Positions 1 through 8,576 of a stretch of 64,000 nucleotides of DNA are shown in pieces. The number at the start of each line of letters is the position of its first letter. Within the stretch, counting starts at the first letter, position 1. The stretch spans positions 668 to 64,667 of the forward strand of contig JBIKRQ010000003.1 in the NCBI GenBank assembly GCA_044349155.1. Direction: 5' to 3'. Both the position numbers and the translations under genes were made by a program. This DNA is from Myxococcota bacterium. Its GTDB lineage: Bacteria; Myxococcota; UBA727; VGSZ01. The notes beneath the pieces were generated by a model. That model did not search any database. It saw only the letters and a list, made by a program, of their open reading frames with translations, and was not told the origin of the DNA.

Positions 1-109
1 GAGCCTTCGACGGCGTGCGCGGCGTGCGTTCCGCACGGTGACAGCAGCTCATTTCACGGGCAGCGCCTGTTTTGTTTCGCTTCAGGTGCTTGTTCGCTAC
101 GGTTGAGGC

Positions 110-1456
110 GTGTTCGACCCGGTGATGATTTCTGAGGGTGCCTGTGCCGATGGCCACCTCGACACAGACCCCATCTATGCCGTGCTCCTTGGGCTTGGCA
201 GCGGGGTCGTGACGGGGCGTCTGACGATCGCTGACGCCGCTGGCGACAACCACATGTACTTCATGCAGGGCCGCCCGGTGGGTGTGCACCTCGCCGAGCA
301 CTTCCATCCGTTGGGCCAACTGCTGCTCGAGCTGGGCCGCATGAGCGGGGCCACGTTTGTGCGTGCGCAGCGCTTGATCGCCGAAGGCAATCGCCTGCCG
401 GGGCAGGTGTACAAAGAGCTCGGGGTCCTCGACGACCACAGCCTCAAAGACGTGCTCGCCATTCAGGCCCGGCGCAAGGCCGAGCACTTCTGCCGCCTCG
501 GCAGCCGGCCGTTTCGCTTCTGCAAGGGCCTGACGTACCTCACGGGCTTTACGTCGACACCGCTGGACCCAAACGCGGTCATCTACCTCGCCGTGCGCCA
601 GCAAATGGGCGAGCAGGCGCGCGAAGCGTTCCTCGATGCCGCACGGCTTGAGCAGGTGCGTGTCGTCGCCGCCGACCCCACCAACAGCGGGCTGCCCGCC
701 CCCGTCGCGAACTACGGCTTTGGTCCGCCGGAAGAGCGCTTTTTGCAGCGCGTGCTCAACACCTGGGAAAACGTCGCCGAACTCGCCGAAACGGGCACCC
801 TGCCCCGCGAGGAAATGGCCGTGTTGCTGCGCTACCTCGAGGTCGTGGGTCGCCTGCAGCGTCGCGCGATCCCGCCAGCACCCCCGCCGATGCCGGCCCA
901 GCTGCCACGGGTGTCGACGCCGACGCCGCTCGATACCGTGCGGCCCCGCCCCGTCGTGCCGGGCCTGGCGGGCGGGCAGCGCCCTGCCCCGCCGGTGTCG
1001 CCGTTTTTGGCGCCGCCGTCGGCGGTGACCGCACCGTTGCAGCCACGGCCCGCCGAGCTCGAGGCGCTGCAGCGTGCACCGTTGGTCGAGCCCACCTCTG
1101 ACGACGTGTTCTCGCGTCCGAAGCCTGCTGCGGCACCACCCCCGCGCTCGGCGTTTGCGTCGCCCGATGCCGCGACCGACCCCCGTCGGCCCGCCACGCG
1201 CAAAGAAGACCTGATGGCGCCCAAGCCCCTCGACGCGGTGGTGTTTGGCAGCGCGTTGAACGAGCCCACGCCGCAGTCGATGCCGTCGCCCGCGTCGTTG
1301 CTCGACGACCTGCCGCCGCCGGTGGTGAAAAAGAAGAAGGTCAAGCGGCTGGAGCCGTTGCCGTCTGAAGCGTCGGGCGTGCTCGTGTCGGAAACGCGAC
1401 GCGAAAAGACCATGATCGCCGAGCTGCCCTCGATCGTCATCGACGACGACGAGTGA
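110..1456 (+). CDS. hypothetical protein: globular N-terminal ~200 aa (DUF4388-like, from memory) followed by a long Pro/Ala-rich low-complexity half
   Basis: 448-aa ORF with GTG start at 110 and GC-rich third codon positions. Overlapping antisense ORFs are Arg/Pro-rich shadows. Family call not verifiable without a profile search. Confidence 0.6.
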   Translation: MFDPVMISEGACADGHLDTDPIYAVLLGLGSGVVTGRLTIADAAGDNHMYFMQGRPVGVHLAEHFHPLGQLLLELGRMSGATFVRAQRLIAEGNRLPGQVYKELGVLDDHSLKDVLAIQARRKAEHFCRLGSRPFRFCKGLTYLTGFTSTPLDPNAVIYLAVRQQMGEQAREAFLDAARLEQVRVVAADPTNSGLPAPVANYGFGPPEERFLQRVLNTWENVAELAETGTLPREEMAVLLRYLEVVGRLQRRAIPPAPPPMPAQLPRVSTPTPLDTVRPRPVVPGLAGGQRPAPPVSPFLAPPSAVTAPLQPRPAELEALQRAPLVEPTSDDVFSRPKPAAAPPPRSAFASPDAATDPRRPATRKEDLMAPKPLDAVVFGSALNEPTPQSMPSPASLLDDLPPPVVKKKKVKRLEPLPSEASGVLVSETRREKTMIAELPSIVIDDDE

Positions 1457-1460
1457 CCCC

Positions 1461-1629
1461 AGATCGGCTTGATTTTGCTTCGTTCCTCAGCTGTATCAAG
1501 CCGACCCGGGATCATACTTTGCCCTCGCGGGCGCACGATTTCAAACACTTGGCGCTTCGCCAAGTGTTTGAATAATCAATACTATTCGGGCGCGGAGCGC
1601 CCGAATTCCGCTGCGCTTCGCTCGCGCCA
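1461..1629 (+). repeat. composite intergenic repeat, copy A: ~65-nt module M2 (1477-1541) then 66-nt double-hairpin mini-element M1 (1542-1607)
   Basis: M1 contains two hairpins: caaacacttggcg-ctt-cgccaagtgtttg and attcgggcgc-gga-gcgcccgaat. A near-identical inverted copy lies at 55758-55922 and a diverged copy at 61454-61518. It sits between convergent genes. Confidence 0.85.
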
Positions 1630-1637
1630 AAGCGGGA

Positions 1638-3941
1638 CTACGGAGAGCTGAGCACGGCGTCGATCAGGTAGTCGGCGGCCTCGCCCGACGACAACGAGAA
1701 CACGCGGATCGTGTACTCGCCGTCCAGCGGCAGCACCTGCTCGATGCGCTCGTTGTCGGACTGCGAGTCCGATGTGGCCAGAATCTGTCGACCGTCGAGC
1801 CCGATGAGCTGCACGTCGATGTCGCCGTCGCCCTGACGGAAGCGCACGTCGATGGTGACCTTTTTGCCCGCCACGCCTGACAGCACGTAGAAGTCCTCGT
1901 CGGAGCTGCAGATGGTGACGACGTCGCTGGGGGCCGGCAGCGCGCTGCGCGTGATGAGCGTGTTGTTGGGCTCGCCGGCATCCACGCTGCACTGGCCCTG
2001 GTTCTTCTTCGACAGGATCGCGTCGTAGGCGCCGATCTGGCCCAGCGGGCTGCTGATGGCGACGGTGAACGTTTCGGTGGCGCGTGCACTCATCGACACC
2101 GTGGCCGCGTTGTCGCCCGTGGCCGATGTGCGCAGCACAGCACCCGCCGCGTCGAGAATCTGCACCTGCAACACCAGGCCCGGCTCGACGGGGACCGCCG
2201 TGACCACGAGGCGCTCGAAGTCTTCGACGTCGACCGTGTAGCGATCCACATCGGCCAACGCGCCACCCGCGCACACGCCGCGGCGCTCGGTCAACGGGGC
2301 GGCACCACCCACGGCATCGACGTTTGGCACCACCACCGCGCGTGGCGCGTCGTCGTCGCTGCTGACCACTTCGACGTCGTCGACACAGCCCACCGGTGCC
2401 AGCCGCGTGAGGTTGAGCGTGTAGGGTGCTGCGGTGTTCGCGAAGCCGCGCACGCGCACAAACACGCGGCCGCCGTCGATCAAACGACGCTGCACCACCT
2501 CGGGCTGCTCCACACCACTGCTGCTCACGAGCACCTCGCCCGCTTCGTCGAGGATCGCGAGGTCGAGGTCGGCCTTCGCCGTGTCGAACGCAACGCTCGC
2601 CAGGACACCTTCGCCAGCAGCAAGATCGACCGTGAAGATGTCGACGTCGCCGCGGCAGATCTCGGCCGACATCGGCACGCCAATCAACGACAAGGTGGTG
2701 GGCGTGGCGACGTCGATGCTGTTGTTGCCCGCAGCACCTTCAAAGAAGTCGGCAACGCACGCCGCCGCACGCGTGAGGGTGGCCGTGAGCTCGTACGGCG
2801 TTTGCGCGAGCAGCGCGTTGACGCGCAGGTAGATGACCTCGTCGACCTGCGCTGTGTAGACGATCTCGCCGTTGCCGCGCGGCGGGGTTTCGGCAAAGCC
2901 CACCGACGTTTCGCCGTTGCTGTCGAGCAACCACAACGTGGCGCGTGCGGTGGGCACCGTGTTGCTGGCCTGAATCGTGAGGCGGTCGCCCGCGGCCAGA
3001 CTGAACTCATAGACGTCGTCGTCGTCGGGGCACAGCACCAGACCGTCGATGAGCTTTGGTGCATCCACCACGAGGTCGAAGGCTTCGGCGGCGGCGGGCG
3101 TGTCGGCGTTTTCGAAGCGGTCGTCGAAGCATTCGCCGTCGGGCAGCTCGCAGCGCGTGGTCTCGAGGTTGCAGATCTCAGCGACGGTGCAGTCGAAGTC
3201 GTCGGTACACGGCGGCGGCGGCACTTCGCACAACCCCGAGGTGCCACACTCCAGCGGAGCGGTGCAGTCGTCGTTGGTGAAGCACAAGCCCTCGCTCTGG
3301 CAGCGCCCGTTGCGCGTGTTGCACACGAGGCCGACGCCGCAGTCGTCGTTGCTCAAACACTGCACGCAGGTGCAGGCCGCACCACAGCGTTGGCCGCTGC
3401 CGCAGTCGGCCTCTTCGGTGTCGGGCGTGCACAAGCCCTGGCACGCGGTGGCGCACACGCCGTCGGCCTGACAGGTCTCGGTGTCGTCGCAGGCGGTCTC
3501 GGGGAAGCCCTGGTCGGCGAACGTGCACGGCGCTTCTTCGATGCACAGGCTGTGGACCTTGTCGCACATGAAGCCGGCGCGGCAGTCGAGGCGGGTGGCA
3601 CACGGTTGGGCGGTTTCGTCGATGACGCGGCAGCTGCCGAGGGCGCAAAACGAGCCCGCCGCGCAGGGGATGTCGGCGGAGCATTCTTCGCCGAAGCCGG
3701 CGCGCAGCTCGCAGAACTGGGCGGGGAACACGCAGCGCCAGGCCACCGACGGGCAGTCGCCGTCGTCTTCGCAGCGGCCGAGGGGCTGACATGTCCCATC
3801 AACACACACTTCGTCCGACAAGCAGCCGACGCCGCTGACGACGTCACACTGCGCAGGCGGCGTGGGCAGCACATCGCCACCACAGTCGCAGCTGGACAGA
3901 GCACCGAGGCAACACACGACCAGAGCGACGACGCTGCGCAT
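1638..3941 (-). CDS. secreted lipoprotein with N-terminal Cys-rich repeats (myxobacterial disulfide-repeat type) and several PPC/pre-peptidase-C-terminal-like beta-sandwich repeats
   Basis: ORF 1638..4235. An internal ATG at 3941 gives MRSVVALVVCCLGALSSC (signal peptide plus lipobox). It has many C..DDDC..C..G.C units, then repeated ~100-aa modules with D.Y.F/V..L signatures. Confidence 0.7.
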   Translation of the reverse strand: MRSVVALVVCCLGALSSCDCGGDVLPTPPAQCDVVSGVGCLSDEVCVDGTCQPLGRCEDDGDCPSVAWRCVFPAQFCELRAGFGEECSADIPCAAGSFCALGSCRVIDETAQPCATRLDCRAGFMCDKVHSLCIEEAPCTFADQGFPETACDDTETCQADGVCATACQGLCTPDTEEADCGSGQRCGAACTCVQCLSNDDCGVGLVCNTRNGRCQSEGLCFTNDDCTAPLECGTSGLCEVPPPPCTDDFDCTVAEICNLETTRCELPDGECFDDRFENADTPAAAEAFDLVVDAPKLIDGLVLCPDDDDVYEFSLAAGDRLTIQASNTVPTARATLWLLDSNGETSVGFAETPPRGNGEIVYTAQVDEVIYLRVNALLAQTPYELTATLTRAAACVADFFEGAAGNNSIDVATPTTLSLIGVPMSAEICRGDVDIFTVDLAAGEGVLASVAFDTAKADLDLAILDEAGEVLVSSSGVEQPEVVQRRLIDGGRVFVRVRGFANTAAPYTLNLTRLAPVGCVDDVEVVSSDDDAPRAVVVPNVDAVGGAAPLTERRGVCAGGALADVDRYTVDVEDFERLVVTAVPVEPGLVLQVQILDAAGAVLRTSATGDNAATVSMSARATETFTVAISSPLGQIGAYDAILSKKNQGQCSVDAGEPNNTLITRSALPAPSDVVTICSSDEDFYVLSGVAGKKVTIDVRFRQGDGDIDVQLIGLDGRQILATSDSQSDNERIEQVLPLDGEYTIRVFSLSSGEAADYLIDAVLSSP

Positions 3942-4047
3942 GTGGGGAGCTGTAGCGGGAAAATGCGGAGGCCGCATCTGCACCGAGCTACAAGCGCGTG
4001 TGATCTTGTCCGATCCTTCGGTGTCGTCGCCGTGCGGAGAAAGCGTG

Positions 4048-4584
4048 ATGATGCTTCGAGCACTTCTCCCGTTTTTACTTATTGCATTTTTGTTGGCATC
4101 ATCTTGCAACACAAGAGATGAGCACTTGGATATGCAACGAGTTTCGGCTGTGCGCGAGCTGCAGAATATCGAAGCAGAACGTGCCTTGATCGCTGCCAGA
4201 GCCGAAGCTGAGTCGGCAAAATGCATTGAGCGCACACTCCTCTTTGAAAAAGAGGCAATTGAAGCAATCGCAACATGCGGAAAGGCTGCGCCTTCTTCCC
4301 CTGACGACAGTGCTTCGCAAAAGCGGATGCTTGAGGACAGAAAGATTGCGATTCAGGCGCTCAGGGAGCTCGGCCTCGGCGACTGCGTGTTCGCTGGGCT
4401 GAGCGATGCGCTTCAATACGAAAGCAGCGTCGCGATCTATTTATCATTTAAATCAATTGATTCATATCTTCCTATTGACTCCAAAGAACGAGCGCGGGCC
4501 AATACTGTACCCTCACATCCACTATCACCATTGGTGACGTGCTCCAGGCCCCCACAAGCGACGCGCTGCCAGTTCCGATGGTGA
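4048..4584 (+). CDS. small lipoprotein encoded inside an AT-rich islet
   Basis: ATG at 4048 gives MMLRALLPFLLIAFLLASSC (lipobox). Local GC is about 40-50% against ~70% in the flanks. The 3' end beyond ~4440 is uncertain because a convergent minus-strand ORF overlaps it. Confidence 0.5.
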   Translation: MMLRALLPFLLIAFLLASSCNTRDEHLDMQRVSAVRELQNIEAERALIAARAEAESAKCIERTLLFEKEAIEAIATCGKAAPSSPDDSASQKRMLEDRKIAIQALRELGLGDCVFAGLSDALQYESSVAIYLSFKSIDSYLPIDSKERARANTVPSHPLSPLVTCSRPPQATRCQFRW

Positions 4585-4771
4585 AACCAGTCCTCACAAC
4601 GACTTCCGCAACATGCCGACGTCTTGCATTTGATCGCCTGAGCGCGCTGGCAGCTGGTGCCGAGCCCGACCATCGGAGAACCATTGAAAAGATCCTCCTG
4701 GATAGATTTGGAGATACCGCGGCAAGCAATCATTGATGTTCGCGAACCGGGACTGATGGACATACAACGCG

Positions 4772-5521
4772 CTACTGCAGCACGTGCAGGGCCTCGACGG
4801 CGGCGCGCGCGGCGAGGTCGGCGACGGTGGGGGCCATCGTGTACAGCGCGAAGCCGCCCGCGATCACGGGCACGGTGAAGCCCAGCCCCTGCAGGCCAAG
4901 GGCTGGTGAACCGCGCGCCATGATGCCCATGAGCACGTAGCCCGCACTCGTCACCGCCATCATCGGAAACGCCAGCCGCACCGCCAACGCGCACGACGCC
5001 GTGATCGCCGGCAATGCCCGCTCGACCACCGCCGCCACGTCGGGGGCAGCCCCTGGTGGTGCGTGCACGACCGACGACACCACGACGACGATCGCCTCGC
5101 GGTGCAAGCCAAGCCCCACCGCCGCCATCAACGCGAGCATGGAGAACAGGTCGCTGACGACGTCGCCTTGTGTGCCGCTGAGGGGATCGACGCTCGACGC
5201 AAACGACAAACCGATCTGCCCCGAGAACAACGTGCCCGCGGCCAACGACGCCTCGAGACTCGCGCGCGCCGCGCTTCCCATCACGAGGCCAATCACCGCT
5301 TCGGCGACGATCTCCAGCACGCCCACGTCGGGGACCGCCGGCACACCCGCCGCCATCGCGGCCGTGCCACCAAGGGCGAGCCCCACCATCATGCGAATGC
5401 GCGTGGGCACGAAGCGCGCCGACAACACCGGGGCGGTGGCGACAAACGCGGTCACGCGCGTCATCACGAGCATGAGGCCAGACACGCGCTCGGGCAGTGC
5501 CAGGTCAGCGAGGTCGAGCAT
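4772..5521 (-). CDS. fliR: flagellar export apparatus protein FliR
   Basis: 249-aa polytopic membrane protein located immediately downstream of fliQ/fliP in a fliLMNOPQR gene order. Confidence 0.8.
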   Translation of the reverse strand: MLDLADLALPERVSGLMLVMTRVTAFVATAPVLSARFVPTRIRMMVGLALGGTAAMAAGVPAVPDVGVLEIVAEAVIGLVMGSAARASLEASLAAGTLFSGQIGLSFASSVDPLSGTQGDVVSDLFSMLALMAAVGLGLHREAIVVVVSSVVHAPPGAAPDVAAVVERALPAITASCALAVRLAFPMMAVTSAGYVLMGIMARGSPALGLQGLGFTVPVIAGGFALYTMAPTVADLAARAAVEALHVLQ

Positions 5522-5784
5522 CAGCCGCCTGCCATCTGCAGCACCGCGCGCGTGAAAAAGGCCGCGAGCTCTTCGAGGATTTCGCCGCCGCCCACGACGA
5601 CGACACCGATCACCATCGCCACGCGCGGCAGGAAGCTGACCGCGGGGTCGTGCAGCTGGGTCATCGCCTGCAAGAGGCCAATCACCACGCCGAGCACGAG
5701 CAGGCCACCGATGAATGGGCCCGACGTGAGCATGAGCAGCAGCAGGCCTTCTTTGAGCAGCGCTCCGGGCATCTCAAGCGCCAT
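5521..5784 (-). CDS. fliQ: flagellar export apparatus protein FliQ
   Basis: 87 aa with two TM segments. The motif LLQAMTQLHDPAVSFLPRV resembles the FliQ/SctS signature (QA.TQI.E.TL.FvPK). Confidence 0.85.
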   Translation of the reverse strand: MALEMPGALLKEGLLLLMLTSGPFIGGLLVLGVVIGLLQAMTQLHDPAVSFLPRVAMVIGVVVVGGGEILEELAAFFTRAVLQMAGG

Positions 5785-6442
5785 GGAAGCTCCTCGCCAG
5801 GGCCGCGATGATCAACCGCCAGCCATCGGCCAACAGGAACACCGCAAGCTTCAACGGCAACGCGATCATCGCCGGTGGCACCATCATCATGCCCAGCGAC
5901 ATGAGCACGCTGGCGACGAGCAGGTCGATGACCACCAGCGGCACGTAGATGTACAACCCCATCGTGAACGCCGTGGTCAGCTCCGACACGAGAAACGCGG
6001 GCACGGCGATGCGCAACGGAATGTCGTCGACGGTGGCCGGTGGTGGCAGCTGTGCGAGGTCGTAGAACAACGACAGGTCTTCGCCGCGGGTTTGCGGCAC
6101 GAGGAAGTCTTTGGCGATCACCTCGCTGCGCGACGCCGCATCGCTCCAGGTCATCTGGTCGTCGAGGTAGGGTGCGACAGCCTCGTGGTGCAGCCGGTCG
6201 ACGGTCGGCCCCATCACAAACAACGTGAGGAACAACGACAAGCCAATGAGCACCGGGTTCGGCGGCAACTGCGGCGTGCCCATCGCGGTGCGCAAGAACG
6301 ACAGCACAATGGTGATGCGCACAAACGCTGTCATCGACAACACGATCGATGGCAACAGCGACAGTGCCGTCATCACGAAGAAGATCTTCAGCGTCGCTGG
6401 ACCACCACCGTCGACGACCACCTGCAGTTGCTCGGGGTTCAC
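5774..6442 (-). CDS. fliP: flagellar export apparatus protein FliP
   Basis: 222 aa. Contains LSLLPSIVLSMTAFVRITIVLSFLRTAMG and PNPVLIGLSLFLTLFVMGP, typical FliP/SctR motifs. Confidence 0.88.
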   Translation of the reverse strand: MNPEQLQVVVDGGGPATLKIFFVMTALSLLPSIVLSMTAFVRITIVLSFLRTAMGTPQLPPNPVLIGLSLFLTLFVMGPTVDRLHHEAVAPYLDDQMTWSDAASRSEVIAKDFLVPQTRGEDLSLFYDLAQLPPPATVDDIPLRIAVPAFLVSELTTAFTMGLYIYVPLVVIDLLVASVLMSLGMMMVPPAMIALPLKLAVFLLADGWRLIIAALARSFHGA

Positions 6443-7203
6443 GACGGCCTCCCCGCCTGCAAGCGCTTGATGATTTCGGTCGCTTCGACTTCGTTTTTGC
6501 GCGTGGCCGCCACCGCGGTGGTCGACGACGACGACGATGTCGACGACGACGCCACGGCACCGATCGGACCCGAGGGGCCCGTTTGCACTTCGTTCGAACT
6601 CGCGATCTCCACCGCGGGTTCACCGCGCACCGCGCGCACCAACGCATCGCCGAAGAAGCGATCGGGATCGCTGCCTTCGCCACCGCCGAGCGGTGCAGGG
6701 CCGCAGTCGAGCAACATGCTGATGCCGGCCTCTGACGACGACAACAGCACCCGACGGCCTGCCACATCCACCACCAACAACGAGCGGCGCGGACCAATCG
6801 GCGTGGCTTCACGCACCGTCAGCAACGGACCACCACCGGCGGTCTTCTGCTTCTGCTTCTGCCACCACACACCACCCGCGGTGCACGCGAGCAACACCAA
6901 CACCGAGAGCGCTGCCCACGGCATCTGTGGCCCATGTGCTGCACCATCGAGCAATGCGGCAGGCACCGCCGTCGACGACGCGGGAGCTGGGAATGCAGGC
7001 ACGGTGGCGGTGGCTGCGGGCGCCGGCGTGGCGGGGGTGACGGGGCGTTCTTCTTCCGACAGCGCCACCACCTGGGCCAACGACGGCGCAGGTTTCGCGG
7101 TGAGCGGTTTGCGCGCCCCCGACGTGGTGGAGGGCGGTGACGACGACGGCGTCTGCGCGTGGGACGTTGCGGCGAGCAGGACCGCGAAGATGAACGCTCT
7201 CAT
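6439..7203 (-). CDS. fliO: FliO-like flagellar biosynthesis protein with extended Pro/Ser-rich regions
   Basis: Lies between fliN and fliP. Single TM (WAALSVLVLLACTAGGVWW) followed by the LLTVREATPIGPRRSLLVVDVAGRRVLL core typical of FliO. Flanking low-complexity extensions are unusual. Confidence 0.6.
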   Translation of the reverse strand: MRAFIFAVLLAATSHAQTPSSSPPSTTSGARKPLTAKPAPSLAQVVALSEEERPVTPATPAPAATATVPAFPAPASSTAVPAALLDGAAHGPQMPWAALSVLVLLACTAGGVWWQKQKQKTAGGGPLLTVREATPIGPRRSLLVVDVAGRRVLLSSSEAGISMLLDCGPAPLGGGEGSDPDRFFGDALVRAVRGEPAVEIASSNEVQTGPSGPIGAVASSSTSSSSSTTAVAATRKNEVEATEIIKRLQAGRPS

Positions 7204-7487
7204 CTGAGCATTCCGCGATCGGTGCGACCGACGATCTCGGTGACGCGAAAGCCGAGGTGGTCGCCGACAATCACCGCTTCGCCGCGCGCGACGAGCCGGC
7301 CGTTGACGTAGATGTCGAGGGGGTCGCCGGCGGCCTTCTCGAGGGGAATCGCGGCGCCTTCTTCAAGGGCCAACACCTGCTCCAGCGACAGCCGCGTGCG
7401 GCCGATCTCGACGGCGACGTCCATGTCGACATCCAGCAGGGTTTGCAGGCGAGCATTGTCGACGTCGACGTCAGCCATGGTGGGCAT
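7200..7487 (-). CDS. fliN: flagellar motor switch protein FliN (SpoA domain)
   Basis: 95 aa. VAVEIGRTRLSLEQVLALEEGAAIPLEKAAGDPLDIYVNGRLVARGEAVIV matches the FliN/SctQ C-terminal SpoA signature. Confidence 0.88.
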   Translation of the reverse strand: MPTMADVDVDNARLQTLLDVDMDVAVEIGRTRLSLEQVLALEEGAAIPLEKAAGDPLDIYVNGRLVARGEAVIVGDHLGFRVTEIVGRTDRGMLR

Positions 7488-8529
7488 CTCCAGAAGTACG
7501 AGCAGTGGCTGGGGCGGTGGTCATGGTGGCAACGAGGCTGCGCTCGCGCGGGTCGACGTCGATGTCGGTGGAGCCGACGGTGCCAGTGCGCTTGGCTTCC
7601 TTCGCTGGCGAAGCCACCACCATCGCCACACGGCCTTCGCGCACCTCGGCGCGCGCGTGCAGACGAGGACGGCCCTGGATGAGCACCGGCACCAACGCCT
7701 TGGGCGACGAGCCCAGCAGCACGAGGTCACCGGGGGCCAGCGACAACAGTTTGCGCAGGGTCATGTGCGCGTGGCCGAGCTCGGCGGCGACCTGCACCAT
7801 GACCTGGCCGGGGTGATCGCCCAGGCGACGTCCGGTGGCGCGTTGGTTGCGCGGACGGGCCGGAGCACCGCGCGCGGTGACCAACCACGACGACGGCATG
7901 GCCACTTCGATGCGCGCTTTGAGGTCGCCGGTGAAGGCGATGGGCAGACCAATCATGTTGGCGCTGCGGTCGATGCCGAGCAGTTCGCGCGGGTCGGCGT
8001 ACACGCGCACCAACCGCAGCGGATGCAGGGGCACTTCGCGCGGCAGGCCATAGGCAAACGACGTGAGCAGCGACGACAAAAAGCGCGCGAGCAGGCGACG
8101 TTCCGCAGGCGACAGCGGCCGCATGATGTCGTTGCCCGCCGACGACGATGAAGGAGCGATGGCCATCAACGCGAGGGCGCGGGCCGACGAATCGTTCATC
8201 ACCATCAAGCCCGGCGGCAGACCAACACCGGCACCGATCTCGACGACGACCATGGGGGAGCCGGTTTCGCTCACGAGCAGGTCTTGCACGGGGATCAGGC
8301 GGGGCGCGGATTCGTCGATGTCGATTTGGCGGCGGGTCTGGTGACGAACAGCCTCGCGCAGGCGGCGCAGGATGTTGGAGACGTGGATGTCGAGGAAGGC
8401 TGCGGCGCGCGAGAGTTCTTGATCGGAGCGACCGAGTTGCAGGGGTACGGTGCGCGGCTGCCCGGCCACCGCTTTGCCGCCAGTGGCGGCGATGCTTAAC
8501 GCTTCGATCTCGTCGTCATCCAACAACAT
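7471..8529 (-). CDS. fliM: flagellar motor switch protein FliM
   Basis: 352 aa. The N-terminal LLDDDEIEAL resembles the CheY-P binding LSQ.EIDALL motif. Gene order is fliL-fliM-fliN. Confidence 0.82.
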   Translation of the reverse strand: MLLDDDEIEALSIAATGGKAVAGQPRTVPLQLGRSDQELSRAAAFLDIHVSNILRRLREAVRHQTRRQIDIDESAPRLIPVQDLLVSETGSPMVVVEIGAGVGLPPGLMVMNDSSARALALMAIAPSSSSAGNDIMRPLSPAERRLLARFLSSLLTSFAYGLPREVPLHPLRLVRVYADPRELLGIDRSANMIGLPIAFTGDLKARIEVAMPSSWLVTARGAPARPRNQRATGRRLGDHPGQVMVQVAAELGHAHMTLRKLLSLAPGDLVLLGSSPKALVPVLIQGRPRLHARAEVREGRVAMVVASPAKEAKRTGTVGSTDIDVDPRERSLVATMTTAPATARTSGDAHHG

Positions 8530-8576
8530 CGACGCACCTCACACAGACACACGACGCACGAAGGACGGCAGCAGCG

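Noticed and set aside
4437-4994. 185-aa minus-strand ORF spanning the AT-rich islet and the 3' end of fliR.
   Set aside because: Its 5' half is antisense-frame overlap with fliR. Only the islet part (about 4437-4740, Cys-rich) could be real. I cannot distinguish it from the overlapping plus-strand ORF, so it is mentioned only as a possibility.
4772-6442. fliP/fliQ/fliR as components of a virulence-type injectisome (SctRST).
   Set aside because: The operon also contains FliL, FliM, FliN and FliO, and flgM/N/K/L are nearby. No needle, translocon or secretin genes are present, so the flagellar assignment is preferred.
5063-7207. 714-aa plus-strand ORF across fliR-fliO. Similar long ORFs occur at 10248-11738, 21692-24475, 35197-36666, 41612-43378, 43876-46191, 46426-49899, 49918-52851 and 52758-55565.
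   Set aside because: All are antisense to well-supported genes. They are extremely Arg/His/Gly/Asp-rich with no motifs, and are the expected stop-free shadow frames of ~70% GC coding DNA.
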